Virus record (IMG/VR): IMGVR_UViG_3300045988_131014
Coordinates: 32,001 to 96,000 of that record
DNA from: a virus
Direction: 5' to 3' (one strand)
Length of the DNA: 64,000 nt
Each line of letters starts with the position of its first letter. Position 1 is the stretch's first letter. The notes below the pieces were generated by a model. That model was given only the letters and a program-made list of their open reading frames with translations. It did no database searches and was not told the DNA's origin. Positions 45,117 to 53,708 of the stretch are shown here, piece after piece. Made by a program: the position numbers and the translations under genes.

Positions 45117-46394
45117 ATGGAAGAAGTAATTAAAATTTTCAAACAGATACAAAATACAAGTAGTACAAATGATAAGAAAGCCATCATTGAAGCAAACAAA
45201 GATAACGAATTATTCAAAAAGTGCTTAGTGTTCTTACTTGATTCAAATATTGTAACTGGTATCAGCGATAAGAAATTAAATAAATTCGTTGGTATGTCAG
45301 GAACAGAATTGAACTCTTTTGAAGAAGTAATGAAATACTTAGCTGATTTTAATTCAGGTAGCGATATGGATATTGGAACTATGCAAGGGTTTATCGAGAA
45401 TCAACCAGAAGAATACCAAGATTTTTATAAACAAATGATCACAAAGAAATTTCGTCTTGGTTGTGATAAAAAAGTTGTAAACAGTGTAATTCATGGTTTG
45501 ATTCCATCATGGGACGTACAACAAGCATATCCTATTTCTGAAAAGAATGAACCCAAAGATGGTGAATGGTTTGCGTTATCTCAGAAGCTTAATGGTAATA
45601 ACTGCGCATACTATAAAGGAAAACTAATTAGTAGACAAGGTAAACCATTTACATGTCTTGACCACATCATTAAAGATATTGAACGATTACCAAAACATGA
45701 AAACTATATGTTTAATGGTGAGCTAATTCGTAAAAATTATGATAATCTTTCTGATAATGACAACTTTCAGATTGGAACTGGTATTATCAATTCTGACGAT
45801 TCTGACAAGTCTTGCATCAAATTTGTAATCTATGAATGTATCCCAAACGAAGAATTTGAAAATGGTGAGAGTAAATTAAAGTACAAAGATCGTAGAGAAC
45901 ATGTGTTGAATCCATTAACAATCGCAATTTCTCGACTTCAGACAGATAATCTTGAGGTTGTTCCTATTATATATGAAGGAACTGATAAATCGGTTATTCA
46001 ACCATTGCTTAATAAAGCAGATAAAGATGGTTGGGAAGGTTTAATGCTCAACAAAGATACAAAGTGGAAGAATAAACGTAATAACGGAATTCTTAAAGTC
46101 AAGTCATTTAAACATGCAGATATTCGTTGCACTGACGTTATCGAAGGTGATGGCAAATACAAAGGTACGCTTGGACTAATCAAATGTGATTACAAAGGAT
46201 GTGAACTTGGTGTAGGATCTGGATTTACTGATGAGCAGAGAACTTACTATTGGAACAATCCTAGTGAGATTATTGGCAAAATTGTGCAGATTAAATTCAA
46301 AGGCGAAACAAAGAATAAAAATGGTGGAATTTCGGTTCAGTTCCCTATTTTTGAAATCGTAAGAGATGACAAATCTGAACCTTCTTATAATTAA
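45117..46394 (+). CDS. ATP-dependent DNA ligase
   Basis: LSQKLNGNNC (motif I KxxG), FNGELI, EGLMLNK and ILKVKSF (motif V). Confidence 0.8.
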   Translation: MEEVIKIFKQIQNTSSTNDKKAIIEANKDNELFKKCLVFLLDSNIVTGISDKKLNKFVGMSGTELNSFEEVMKYLADFNSGSDMDIGTMQGFIENQPEEYQDFYKQMITKKFRLGCDKKVVNSVIHGLIPSWDVQQAYPISEKNEPKDGEWFALSQKLNGNNCAYYKGKLISRQGKPFTCLDHIIKDIERLPKHENYMFNGELIRKNYDNLSDNDNFQIGTGIINSDDSDKSCIKFVIYECIPNEEFENGESKLKYKDRREHVLNPLTIAISRLQTDNLEVVPIIYEGTDKSVIQPLLNKADKDGWEGLMLNKDTKWKNKRNNGILKVKSFKHADIRCTDVIEGDGKYKGTLGLIKCDYKGCELGVGSGFTDEQRTYYWNNPSEIIGKIVQIKFKGETKNKNGGISVQFPIFEIVRDDKSEPSYN

Positions 46395-46484
46395 CAATTC
46401 GCTAAATATTCCCAATTCAAACAGAGAATATACAAATGTAACGTACCAATAGCACAAAGGAGGCAATGTATTTTATTACGAAAA

Positions 46485-47276
46485 ATGACATTTGGAATGG
46501 CAGTTGTTGTAATTCTCACAACTTCTGTTCCAACAGCACAAGCAGAGGTTTATGACGAAAACCCTTGCATAACAGTCACGCCATGTCTTACGGCAGGGTT
46601 CAGTAATCAATTAAACTTATTATTTCAATCAAAAGAGAAAATTGAGTACAAGAAAAAGTATGTAAAAGGTACATATGTGAACATTCGAGAGCAGCCAAGC
46701 AAGAATTCAGAAGTTATTAAACAGGTTTCGTTTAATGAACAGGTTATTATCATTGGAAACGAACTTACAAACGGTTGTTGGTATACTGTCGATCTTGATG
46801 ACAAAACTGGTTATATCCATAAAGATTATGTATCTGACAAACCAATCAATTACAGGATCTACAATGTTCCATATGCAAAAAATAAGACTTGGATGCCATA
46901 CACAGCAATTACCAGTAGAGGGAGCAAACAGTATAAGTTACAACAGAAAGCATATACAAGCGATTATGGTATTCGAATGGTAAATGGAAGATATTGTGTA
47001 GCAATTGGTTCACATTTTGAATGTAAGATTGGTCAGTATTTTGACTTGATTTTAGCAAATGGTGAAGTAATTCCTTGTATTATGGCTGATGCGAAAAGTA
47101 ACAAACATACTGATTCAGCGAATATTATTACGATTTCTACAAATTGTTTAAGTGAATTTATTGTAGACAAAAATGCTTTAAATCGTAATGCAAAACGTGA
47201 TGGTGATATATCTTCTTGCTGCGCAGAATGGAAATCTGTTGTAAAGAAAATTAAAATATATGAAAAGGTGATCTAA
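46485..47276 (+). CDS. secreted SH3b-domain protein, possible cell-wall hydrolase (3D/DPBB-like C-terminus)
   Basis: Signal-like AVVVILTTSVPTAQA; SH3b-like GTYVNIREQPSKNSEVIKQVSFNEQVIIIG..WYTV..GYIHKDYV; the C-terminal YCVAIGSHF..GQYFDLILANGEVIPCIMADAK recalls 3D-domain proteins. Confidence 0.5.
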   Translation: MTFGMAVVVILTTSVPTAQAEVYDENPCITVTPCLTAGFSNQLNLLFQSKEKIEYKKKYVKGTYVNIREQPSKNSEVIKQVSFNEQVIIIGNELTNGCWYTVDLDDKTGYIHKDYVSDKPINYRIYNVPYAKNKTWMPYTAITSRGSKQYKLQQKAYTSDYGIRMVNGRYCVAIGSHFECKIGQYFDLILANGEVIPCIMADAKSNKHTDSANIITISTNCLSEFIVDKNALNRNAKRDGDISSCCAEWKSVVKKIKIYEKVI

Positions 47277-47316
47277 TGTTTATTAGTGGGCTTGTTTTAG
47301 AGAGGTGAAAAAGAAA

Positions 47317-47568
47317 ATGGAAAGAATGTATAAATTGGATTTGGAAAGTATTAACGATGCAAAAGACTTTGTAGTTGCAATTAACAAGATGAATAGTGAA
47401 GTTGACGCAAGATATGGGGTACATGTCGTTGACGCAAAATCTATGTTAGGATTACTAAATGTATCGCACTGTAAACCATTAGAGATGACCATTTACTCTG
47501 ATGATGAAAATGAAATTAATAAATTTGCTGAAATTTGTAAGAAATACGAGGTAAAAAAGAATGACTAA
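47317..47568 (+). CDS. HPr-fold (Crh-like) protein lacking the His-15 phosphorylation site
   Basis: YGVHVVDAKSMLGLLNVSHCKPLEMTIYSDDENE parallels HPr ..vnlKSImGvMsLg..kgaei.i.a.G.DE; the segment aligned with His-15 reads ESINDAKD. Confidence 0.6.
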   Translation: MERMYKLDLESINDAKDFVVAINKMNSEVDARYGVHVVDAKSMLGLLNVSHCKPLEMTIYSDDENEINKFAEICKKYEVKKND

Positions 47569-47692
47569 TTATTCACAGGTATTAGAGTTAGATGAAATTA
47601 CATTAGAAGATTGCATGAATTTATTCAAATATGGCAAAACAACACTAATTGAAGATGGTAGAATTACAAATATCTTGGAAGAAGGTGATTGA
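47561..47692 (+). CDS. small hypothetical protein, 43 aa
   Basis: ATG overlaps the preceding stop (ATGACTAA) and its stop overlaps the next start; below the ORF-track cutoff. Confidence 0.4.
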   Translation: MTNYSQVLELDEITLEDCMNLFKYGKTTLIEDGRITNILEEGD

Positions 47693-48261
47693 TTATTCTT
47701 TGTTTGATTGGTAAAAGCGCAAGTGGTAAAACATTTGTGCGAGATAAATTAGTAAAAGAACATGGTTATAAAAGTCTGGTGACATTTACATCTCGTCCAC
47801 CAAGAAAAGGTGAAAAACAGGATATTACATATCATTTTATTTCCCAAGAAGATTTTGAACAGAAAATTGAAGATGGATTCTTTGCAGAGTGGAAGAAGTA
47901 CGACACTGAGCAAGGTGTTTGGTATTATGGCACTGCATTAACAGATTGCTATGATGCAGACGATGATACAGTTACAATTCTTACTCCTAATGGTGTAAGA
48001 GATTTGCAAGCAAAAGAGATTCCAATGGTTATTATCTATCTGTATAGCAATTTGAGTACGATTAAGCAGAGATTATCCATTCGTGGCGACAATCCAAAAG
48101 AAGTTGAAAGACGTATAGAAGCCGACATTAAAGATTTTAATGGTGCTGAAATGCTTGCGGATAGAATCGTATACAATAATCAATCTGATGATATTGAGGA
48201 TGTTATCAGTAATGTTGACTATTGGTATAAAAAAATTTTAAAGGAGAAAGCGGATGAGTAA
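47689..48261 (+). CDS. guanylate-kinase-like nucleoside monophosphate kinase
   Basis: LIGKSASGKT P-loop and TFTSRPPRKGEKQDITYHF, as in guanylate kinases (TTRppR.gE.dG.dY.F). Confidence 0.75.
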   Translation: MIILCLIGKSASGKTFVRDKLVKEHGYKSLVTFTSRPPRKGEKQDITYHFISQEDFEQKIEDGFFAEWKKYDTEQGVWYYGTALTDCYDADDDTVTILTPNGVRDLQAKEIPMVIIYLYSNLSTIKQRLSIRGDNPKEVERRIEADIKDFNGAEMLADRIVYNNQSDDIEDVISNVDYWYKKILKEKADE

Positions 48262-48721
48262 TAAACTAACTATTTATTTAGCTGGACGTATGGGTGGTCT
48301 TACAAAAACTGAATATAACACATGGCGAGAAGTTTTAAGGAAGAAACTTGAAATTGCAGCAGAGTGTTGCAATTCAATTATTCAAGTCATCAATCCTGCT
48401 GATTATTTTGACTTTGATAACATGGAAGGTCATACAGATAAGGAAATTATGCAGTTTGATCTCAATATGGTACGTCAAAGCGATATTGTGATTGCAAATG
48501 TTAATGGTATAAACGAAAGTATTGGAACATCTATTGAAGTTTATGAAGCTAATAGATTAAATATTCCTGTCATTGCATATTCAGACGTATTAGATGCCAA
48601 AAAAGGAGATATTTTTGACAAAATTCACCCTTGGATTAAGGAATGTTTGGCAACGAAACTAATGTTTCATGCGGATGATGTTGTACAGTATGTGAAGGAT
48701 TTCTACATGGTTAGATATTAG
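48254..48721 (+). CDS. nucleoside 2-deoxyribosyltransferase-like protein
   Basis: IYLAGRMGG N-terminus and IANVNGINESIGTSIEVYEANRLNIPV match the family pattern. Confidence 0.55.
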   Translation: MSNKLTIYLAGRMGGLTKTEYNTWREVLRKKLEIAAECCNSIIQVINPADYFDFDNMEGHTDKEIMQFDLNMVRQSDIVIANVNGINESIGTSIEVYEANRLNIPVIAYSDVLDAKKGDIFDKIHPWIKECLATKLMFHADDVVQYVKDFYMVRY

Positions 48722-48729
48722 GAAAGGAA

Positions 48730-48915
48730 GTGATTGAGATATACACAGGATATATGAGTTGTCGAAGTCTTGCTGATGCGTTATATGATAAAGACAATTT
48801 CGTAACAGTTCAAGTTGGAGACAGAGAATATTATATTAGAACGGTTAAGCAGAAACGAACCCATGCAAATTTAGATGATTCAGTGACACACACGGTTCTA
48901 GTTTGTGAAGAATAG
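48730..48915 (+). CDS. hypothetical protein
   Basis: GTG behind AAAGGAAG. Confidence 0.45.
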   Translation: MIEIYTGYMSCRSLADALYDKDNFVTVQVGDREYYIRTVKQKRTHANLDDSVTHTVLVCEE

Positions 48916-48928
48916 ATTGGAGGTAATT

Positions 48929-49084
48929 ATGCCAGATATGACGTTATGCAGCAGTTTACATTGTCCAGTAAAAGGAGATTGTTTTCGTGCCACCGCAAAA
49001 CCAAATCCAGTGAAACAGAGTTATTATAATTTTGAATATACTTGTCACGAGGATAATGACTTTGCAGATTTTATTAAAAAATGA
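48929..49084 (+). CDS. small Cys-containing protein, 51 aa
   Basis: ATG behind GGAGG; MPDMTLCSSLHCPVKGDCFRATAKPNPVKQSYYNFEYTCHEDNDFADFIKK; below the ORF-track cutoff. Confidence 0.5.
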   Translation: MPDMTLCSSLHCPVKGDCFRATAKPNPVKQSYYNFEYTCHEDNDFADFIKK

Positions 49085-49124
49085 AAGGTTGATTTCTTGT
49101 GGAATTAAAAAAGGAGAATCATAT

Positions 49125-49298
49125 ATGTGTTTAACAGTAAAAGAAGTAAAAGAAATTTTGGATGGAATGCGTGATGATGCATTGGTTTTAGCAGACAAAG
49201 AGCTTGATGGCGATGCCGCACATAAACTAACTTCTTATGAATATCCATCTGGCGATAAAAAGGATTGGAATTTTGTAATTTTAACGTGGGAGAAATAG
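49125..49298 (+). CDS. small hypothetical protein, 57 aa
   Basis: ATG 49125 follows AAAGGAG; the ORF-track start 49032 lies upstream of the RBS. Confidence 0.5.
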   Translation: MCLTVKEVKEILDGMRDDALVLADKELDGDAAHKLTSYEYPSGDKKDWNFVILTWEK

Positions 49299-49315
49299 AA
49301 AGGAGATAAGATAGA

Positions 49316-51565
49316 TTGGTAGTTATTAAAAGAGACTGTTCCGAAGTTGATTTTGACAAATCAAAAATCTCAACGGCAATTATTAAAGCTATGAAGAATG
49401 GTTCAGGTATTGTAAAACCAAAGATTGCAGAAGATATTGCAAATGAGATTGAAGAAGAGTGTAAAAACAAAGAAGATGTGAGTATTTCTGATATTGAATC
49501 AATGGTTTATGATAAATTGATTACTAAGAAGCAGAGACTTACTGCAAAAGCATATGAAGGATATAGAAGTATTCGTGAGTTTCAGAGAGAAAATGAGAAT
49601 ACAACGGATGAAGAAATTCACAATCTTGTAGAAGACAAAGATGAATATTGGAAGGATGAAAATGCAAATAAAAATCCTGTATTAAACCCTACCAAAAGAG
49701 ATTATATTGCTGGATCTGTTAGCACAGATATAACAAAAAGATATTTATTATCTCCTGAAATTATTCAGGCTCATAATGATGGACTAATTCATTTTCATGA
49801 TGCTGATTATTTCTTGCAGCACATGCATAACTGTGGGTTGGTCAATTCTGAAGATATGCTTCAAAATAATACCGTAATTAGCGAAACTCTTATTGAAACG
49901 CCACATAGTTTTTCAACTGCTTGTAATATTGAAACGCAGGCTATAGCACAGATTGCTAGTAACCAATATGGGGGGCAGAGCATTTCTTTAGCACATCTTG
50001 CTCCATTTGTTAATGTGAGTAGAAAATCAATCAGAAAGAAAGTAACAGAAGAATTATACGATAATGGATTGATTAGTGAGTATAATGAAGACCTTGCAGA
50101 AGTCGTTAATATAACAAATAAACGATTAAAAGAAGAAATAGAAAAAGGCGTTCAAACAATTCAGTATCAGTTGGTCACACTTATGACAACAAATGGACAA
50201 GCACCTTTTATCACAATTTTTATGTATCTCAATGAAGCAAAAAATAAACAAGAAAAAGCTGACTTGGCAATGTTAATTGAAGAAATGCTTCGTCAGAGAA
50301 TTCAAGGGGTAAAAAACGAAAAGGGTGTTTATATTGCCCCTGCATTCCCTAAACTGATTTATGTATTAGAAGAAGATAATATCACAGAAGATTCTAAATA
50401 TTGGTATCTCACAGAATTAGCTGCTGAATGTACATCTAAGAGACTTGTCCCTGATTATATATCCGAAAAAATGATGCTTGAATTAAAGGGTGATGTCTAT
50501 ACATGTATGGGCTGCCGAAGTTTTCTGACAGTAGATAGATTTACAGATAAAGTAGGAAATATTGCAAACGCAAAGAATTTTGATCCGAATAAACATAAAT
50601 ATTATGGGCGATTCAATCAGGGCGTTATAACGATTTCACTTCCAGATATTGCTTTCTCATCTGATGGAGATTTTGATAAGTTTTGGGAAATCTTTGAGGA
50701 AAGAACGGAGTTGTGTCATAAAGCACTTAGGGCGAGACACGAAAGATTACTTGGTACGTCTTCTGATGTAGCACCTATTCTGTGGCAGCATGGAGCATAT
50801 GCAAGATTAAAGAAACATGAGAAAATCGACAGACTTCTTTATGATGGTTATTCTACAATATCACTTGGTTATGCTGGTTTATATGAATGTGTAAAATTTA
50901 TGACTGGTCATTCTCATTCGGATGAAGGAATTGGCGAAGAATTTGGATTAAAGATTATGCAGGCGTTAAATGATAAATGTAATCAGTGGAAACAAGCTGA
51001 AAACATTGACTATAGTTTGTATGGAACACCATTAGAGTCCACAACTTACAAATTCGCAAAGTGCCTAAAATCTCGTTTTGGTAATGATATTTTTGAAAAA
51101 TTAGATGGTTTTGATAGAAATTATATTACTAATTCATATCATATTCCTGTCTTTGAACATATTACGGCATTTGAAAAGTTAAGAATCGAATCAAAATTCC
51201 AGAAATTAAGTCCAGGAGGAGCAATTTCATATATCGAAGTACCAAGTATGAGTCATAATATTCCTGCTATATTAGAAGTCATTAAGTTTATTTACAACAA
51301 CATCATGTATGCAGAGATTAACACAAAGAGTTGTTATTGTGAAAAATGTGGCTTTGATGGTGATATTCCTCTTGTATCAGATGAAAACAATAGACTTAAA
51401 TGGGAATGTCCTAACTGTGGGAATACTGACAATACAACAATGGATATTGCATTTAGAGTTTGTGGTTACATAGGAACTGCTAAAAATGGTGGAAATCAAG
51501 GTAGATATGGCGACATTCATGATAGAGTGTATCATTTGGACGATATGGAATATACGGAGGAATAA
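49316..51565 (+). CDS. nrdD: anaerobic ribonucleoside-triphosphate reductase
   Basis: N-terminal ATP-cone VIKRDCSEVDFDKSKISTAI, C-terminal zinc site CEKCGF..CPNCG and glycyl-radical motif FRVCGYIG. Confidence 0.9.
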   Translation: MVVIKRDCSEVDFDKSKISTAIIKAMKNGSGIVKPKIAEDIANEIEEECKNKEDVSISDIESMVYDKLITKKQRLTAKAYEGYRSIREFQRENENTTDEEIHNLVEDKDEYWKDENANKNPVLNPTKRDYIAGSVSTDITKRYLLSPEIIQAHNDGLIHFHDADYFLQHMHNCGLVNSEDMLQNNTVISETLIETPHSFSTACNIETQAIAQIASNQYGGQSISLAHLAPFVNVSRKSIRKKVTEELYDNGLISEYNEDLAEVVNITNKRLKEEIEKGVQTIQYQLVTLMTTNGQAPFITIFMYLNEAKNKQEKADLAMLIEEMLRQRIQGVKNEKGVYIAPAFPKLIYVLEEDNITEDSKYWYLTELAAECTSKRLVPDYISEKMMLELKGDVYTCMGCRSFLTVDRFTDKVGNIANAKNFDPNKHKYYGRFNQGVITISLPDIAFSSDGDFDKFWEIFEERTELCHKALRARHERLLGTSSDVAPILWQHGAYARLKKHEKIDRLLYDGYSTISLGYAGLYECVKFMTGHSHSDEGIGEEFGLKIMQALNDKCNQWKQAENIDYSLYGTPLESTTYKFAKCLKSRFGNDIFEKLDGFDRNYITNSYHIPVFEHITAFEKLRIESKFQKLSPGGAISYIEVPSMSHNIPAILEVIKFIYNNIMYAEINTKSCYCEKCGFDGDIPLVSDENNRLKWECPNCGNTDNTTMDIAFRVCGYIGTAKNGGNQGRYGDIHDRVYHLDDMEYTEE

Positions 51566-51566
51566 A

Positions 51567-52223
51567 ATGAGATATGCGAGCATTCGTAGTCTTGACATAA
51601 GTAATGGGGAGAACGTAGGAGTCTCCCTATTCGTTCAAGGCTGTGATAGAAAACCACACTGTAAAAACTGCTTTAATCCTGAGACTTGGGATTTTAATGG
51701 CGGTAAGGAGTGGACAGAAGAAACAAAAAATAAATTTTTAGAGTTAATAGATAGACCATATATTAAAAGAGTGTCCATCCTCGGAGGAGAACCATTATCA
51801 GAGCAAAATCTTGATGGAGTTTTGGACTTAATACAGACAATTCGTGAAAAATATCCTATTTCTCAAAATCCCAATTCAGAAAACATAGGAAAATCAAGGG
51901 TTTTAGAAGATGAAAATTCCAAAGAAATCCGTATTTCTTTTCCTGAGAAAACTATCTGGTTATATACAGGTTTTCGATGGAATTACATAATGAATTATCA
52001 ACCTGTAGAAACAGATGATTTTGATTATATTGAAGAATCTTATAATGATGGATTGATGGAAAAACGCAAGCAGATAATTTCACTATGTAATATCGTGGTT
52101 GACGGAGAATATATAGATGAGCAGAAAGATCTCACACTTGCTTATCGTGGCAGTAAGAATCAGCACGTTATTGATGTAAAGCAATCTCTTGCTCAGAACA
52201 AAGTAGTTTTATATTGTGATTAA
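51567..52223 (+). CDS. nrdG: anaerobic RNR activating enzyme (radical SAM)
   Basis: SIRSLDISNGENVGVSLFVQGCDRKPHCKNCFNPETW; ATG 51567 lies 6 nt after GGAGG, immediately after nrdD. Confidence 0.8.
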   Translation: MRYASIRSLDISNGENVGVSLFVQGCDRKPHCKNCFNPETWDFNGGKEWTEETKNKFLELIDRPYIKRVSILGGEPLSEQNLDGVLDLIQTIREKYPISQNPNSENIGKSRVLEDENSKEIRISFPEKTIWLYTGFRWNYIMNYQPVETDDFDYIEESYNDGLMEKRKQIISLCNIVVDGEYIDEQKDLTLAYRGSKNQHVIDVKQSLAQNKVVLYCD

Positions 52224-52239
52224 AGGAGATAATACAAAT

Positions 52240-52407
52240 ATGGAAATGGAAGATTTATACAAATTAAAGAAAGGCGATAAAATTCTTGTTAAATGTACTG
52301 TAGAAGCAGTATTTGTTCAAAGCGGAATGGTAATGGTTACAACAAGAGATTGCGACAATGGGTTCGATGCTTATGTTGATGAGATTAAAGGTGTTGTAAA
52401 TGAATAG
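52240..52407 (+). CDS. small hypothetical protein, 55 aa
   Basis: ATG 52240 follows AAAGGAG. Confidence 0.45.
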   Translation: MEMEDLYKLKKGDKILVKCTVEAVFVQSGMVMVTTRDCDNGFDAYVDEIKGVVNE

Positions 52408-52549
52408 CATTATTGGATTTCTGTTATTTCTTCTTGGAATCATATTTGGCGAAATTATTGTATTTATAGCTATATATCCAATAATAAAAGATATGTTTAA
52501 CTATATTCAAGATATGAACAAAATTTTCAAAGACAAGGAGAATAAATAA
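52400..52549 (+). CDS. small membrane protein, 49 aa
   Basis: MNSIIGFLLFLLGIIFGEIIVFIAIYPII...; the start overlaps the preceding stop; below the ORF-track cutoff. Confidence 0.45.
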   Translation: MNSIIGFLLFLLGIIFGEIIVFIAIYPIIKDMFNYIQDMNKIFKDKENK

Positions 52550-52968
52550 ATGGAAATAAACGAATATCAAGAATTAGCAATGCGAACAAATCCACACAAG
52601 GCAACAGAAAGATTACTTGGGAATATGCTAACATGTGATATGAAATATCTACTACAGCAAATTTAATCGCAGAAGATGAACGTCATATTGATTTTGGCGG
52701 CGTATTCAATTCTTGTCTTGGATTGTCTGGCGAAGTTGGCGAGTTTAACGATATGATTAAAAAGCATATATTTCACGAGAAAACACTTGATGAAACCCAT
52801 GCAAAGAAAGAGTTAGGCGATATTATGTGGTATATTGCTATGATGTGTGAATCTTTTGGATGGGATATGAATGAAATTGCAGAAATGAACATTGACAAAT
52901 TAAAGGCACGTTATCCAGAAGGATTTGATATTAAAAGAGCAAACAACAGAGATTCAAAAGATATATAA
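52550..52968 (+). pseudogene. MazG-like nucleoside triphosphate pyrophosphohydrolase split by a frameshift
   Basis: ATG 52550 gives MEINEYQELAMRTN... and stops at TAA 52664. The conserved core LGLSGEVGEFNDMIKKHIFH..ELGDIMWYIAMM is in the -1 frame, open from 52639 to 52968. Confidence 0.65.
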
Positions 52969-52983
52969 AGGAGAACAAAATAA

Positions 52984-53421
52984 ATGGAGAAAATTAAGAT
53001 TAAATACTTTGACAAGGATATTGAGAAACTTACATACATTGGTGGTGGTAAATCTAACTGGATTGACCTTCGTTCAGCCGAAACTGTCCACCTGAAGAAA
53101 GGTGAATTTCGTCTGATCCCATTAGGAGTTGGAATGAAACTACCAGACGGATATGAAGCCAATATTGTGCCTCGTAGCAGTACATATAAGAATTTCAAGA
53201 TCTTACAGACGAATTGTTTCGCTGTCATTGATAATTCATATTCGGGAGATGCAGATGAATGGAAACTTCCTGTAATTGCTATAGAAGACACAGTAATTAA
53301 TAAGAATGATAGAATCTGCCAATTCCGTATCAATAAAATTCAGCCAGAGATTGAGTTTGAGGAAGTGGAACACTTGGACGAAACAAACAGAGGTGGTTTT
53401 GGTTCTACAGGACGAAAGTAA
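52984..53421 (+). CDS. dut: dUTP diphosphatase
   Basis: [39 protein letters not shown] and RGGFGSTG motifs. Confidence 0.85.
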   Translation: MEKIKIKYFDKDIEKLTYIGGGKSNWIDLRSAETVHLKKGEFRLIPLGVGMKLPDGYEANIVPRSSTYKNFKILQTNCFAVIDNSYSGDADEWKLPVIAIEDTVINKNDRICQFRINKIQPEIEFEEVEHLDETNRGGFGSTGRK

Positions 53422-53425
53422 AGAG

Positions 53426-53632
53426 GTGATATACATAAAACAGGCGGTTGAAATTAAAGATAAAATAAATCTTACGATTCCAGAAGCATCTACATACTCT
53501 AATATTGGAGAAACAACAATTAGAAAATTGCTTTCCGAAAAAGCATGTCCCTTCCTATTAAAAGTAGGAAACAAACATCTAGTAAAAAGGGTTGAATTTG
53601 AGAAATATTTAGCTGGAAAGCATTTTATTTAA
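53426..53632 (+). CDS. xis: excisionase-family (MerR-like HTH) DNA-binding protein
   Basis: LTIPEASTYSNIGETTIRKLLSEKACPFLLKVGNKHLVKRVEFEKYL; start uncertain (GTG 53426 abuts the RBS-like AAGAGG). Confidence 0.65.
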   Translation: MIYIKQAVEIKDKINLTIPEASTYSNIGETTIRKLLSEKACPFLLKVGNKHLVKRVEFEKYLAGKHFI

Positions 53633-53633
53633 T

Positions 53634-53663
53634 TTGGTAAAAAGAACTTTTGTGTGATATAAT
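53634..53663 (+). promoter_or_regulatory. extended -10 promoter upstream of int, flanked by a 12-bp inverted repeat
   Basis: TTGGTA, 18 nt, TGaTATAAT (53655-53663); AAAGAACTTTTG (53641-53652) and CAAAAGTTCTTT (53673-53684) bracket the -10. Confidence 0.5.
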
Positions 53664-53708
53664 ACAGTCATGCAAAAGTTCTTTGCCATATACAAGGAGG
53701 AAATACGA

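Noticed and set aside
46466-46487. Possible frameshift in the A5 run joining ATG 46466 (2 nt after AAAGGAGG) to the SH3b protein frame (ATG 46485)
   Set aside because: Removing one A would give a longer signal peptide (MYFITKMTFGMAVVV..), but this is pure conjecture. ATG 46466 follows the RBS with almost no spacer (2 nt), so it is a poor start, and the annotated ORF is intact as it stands.
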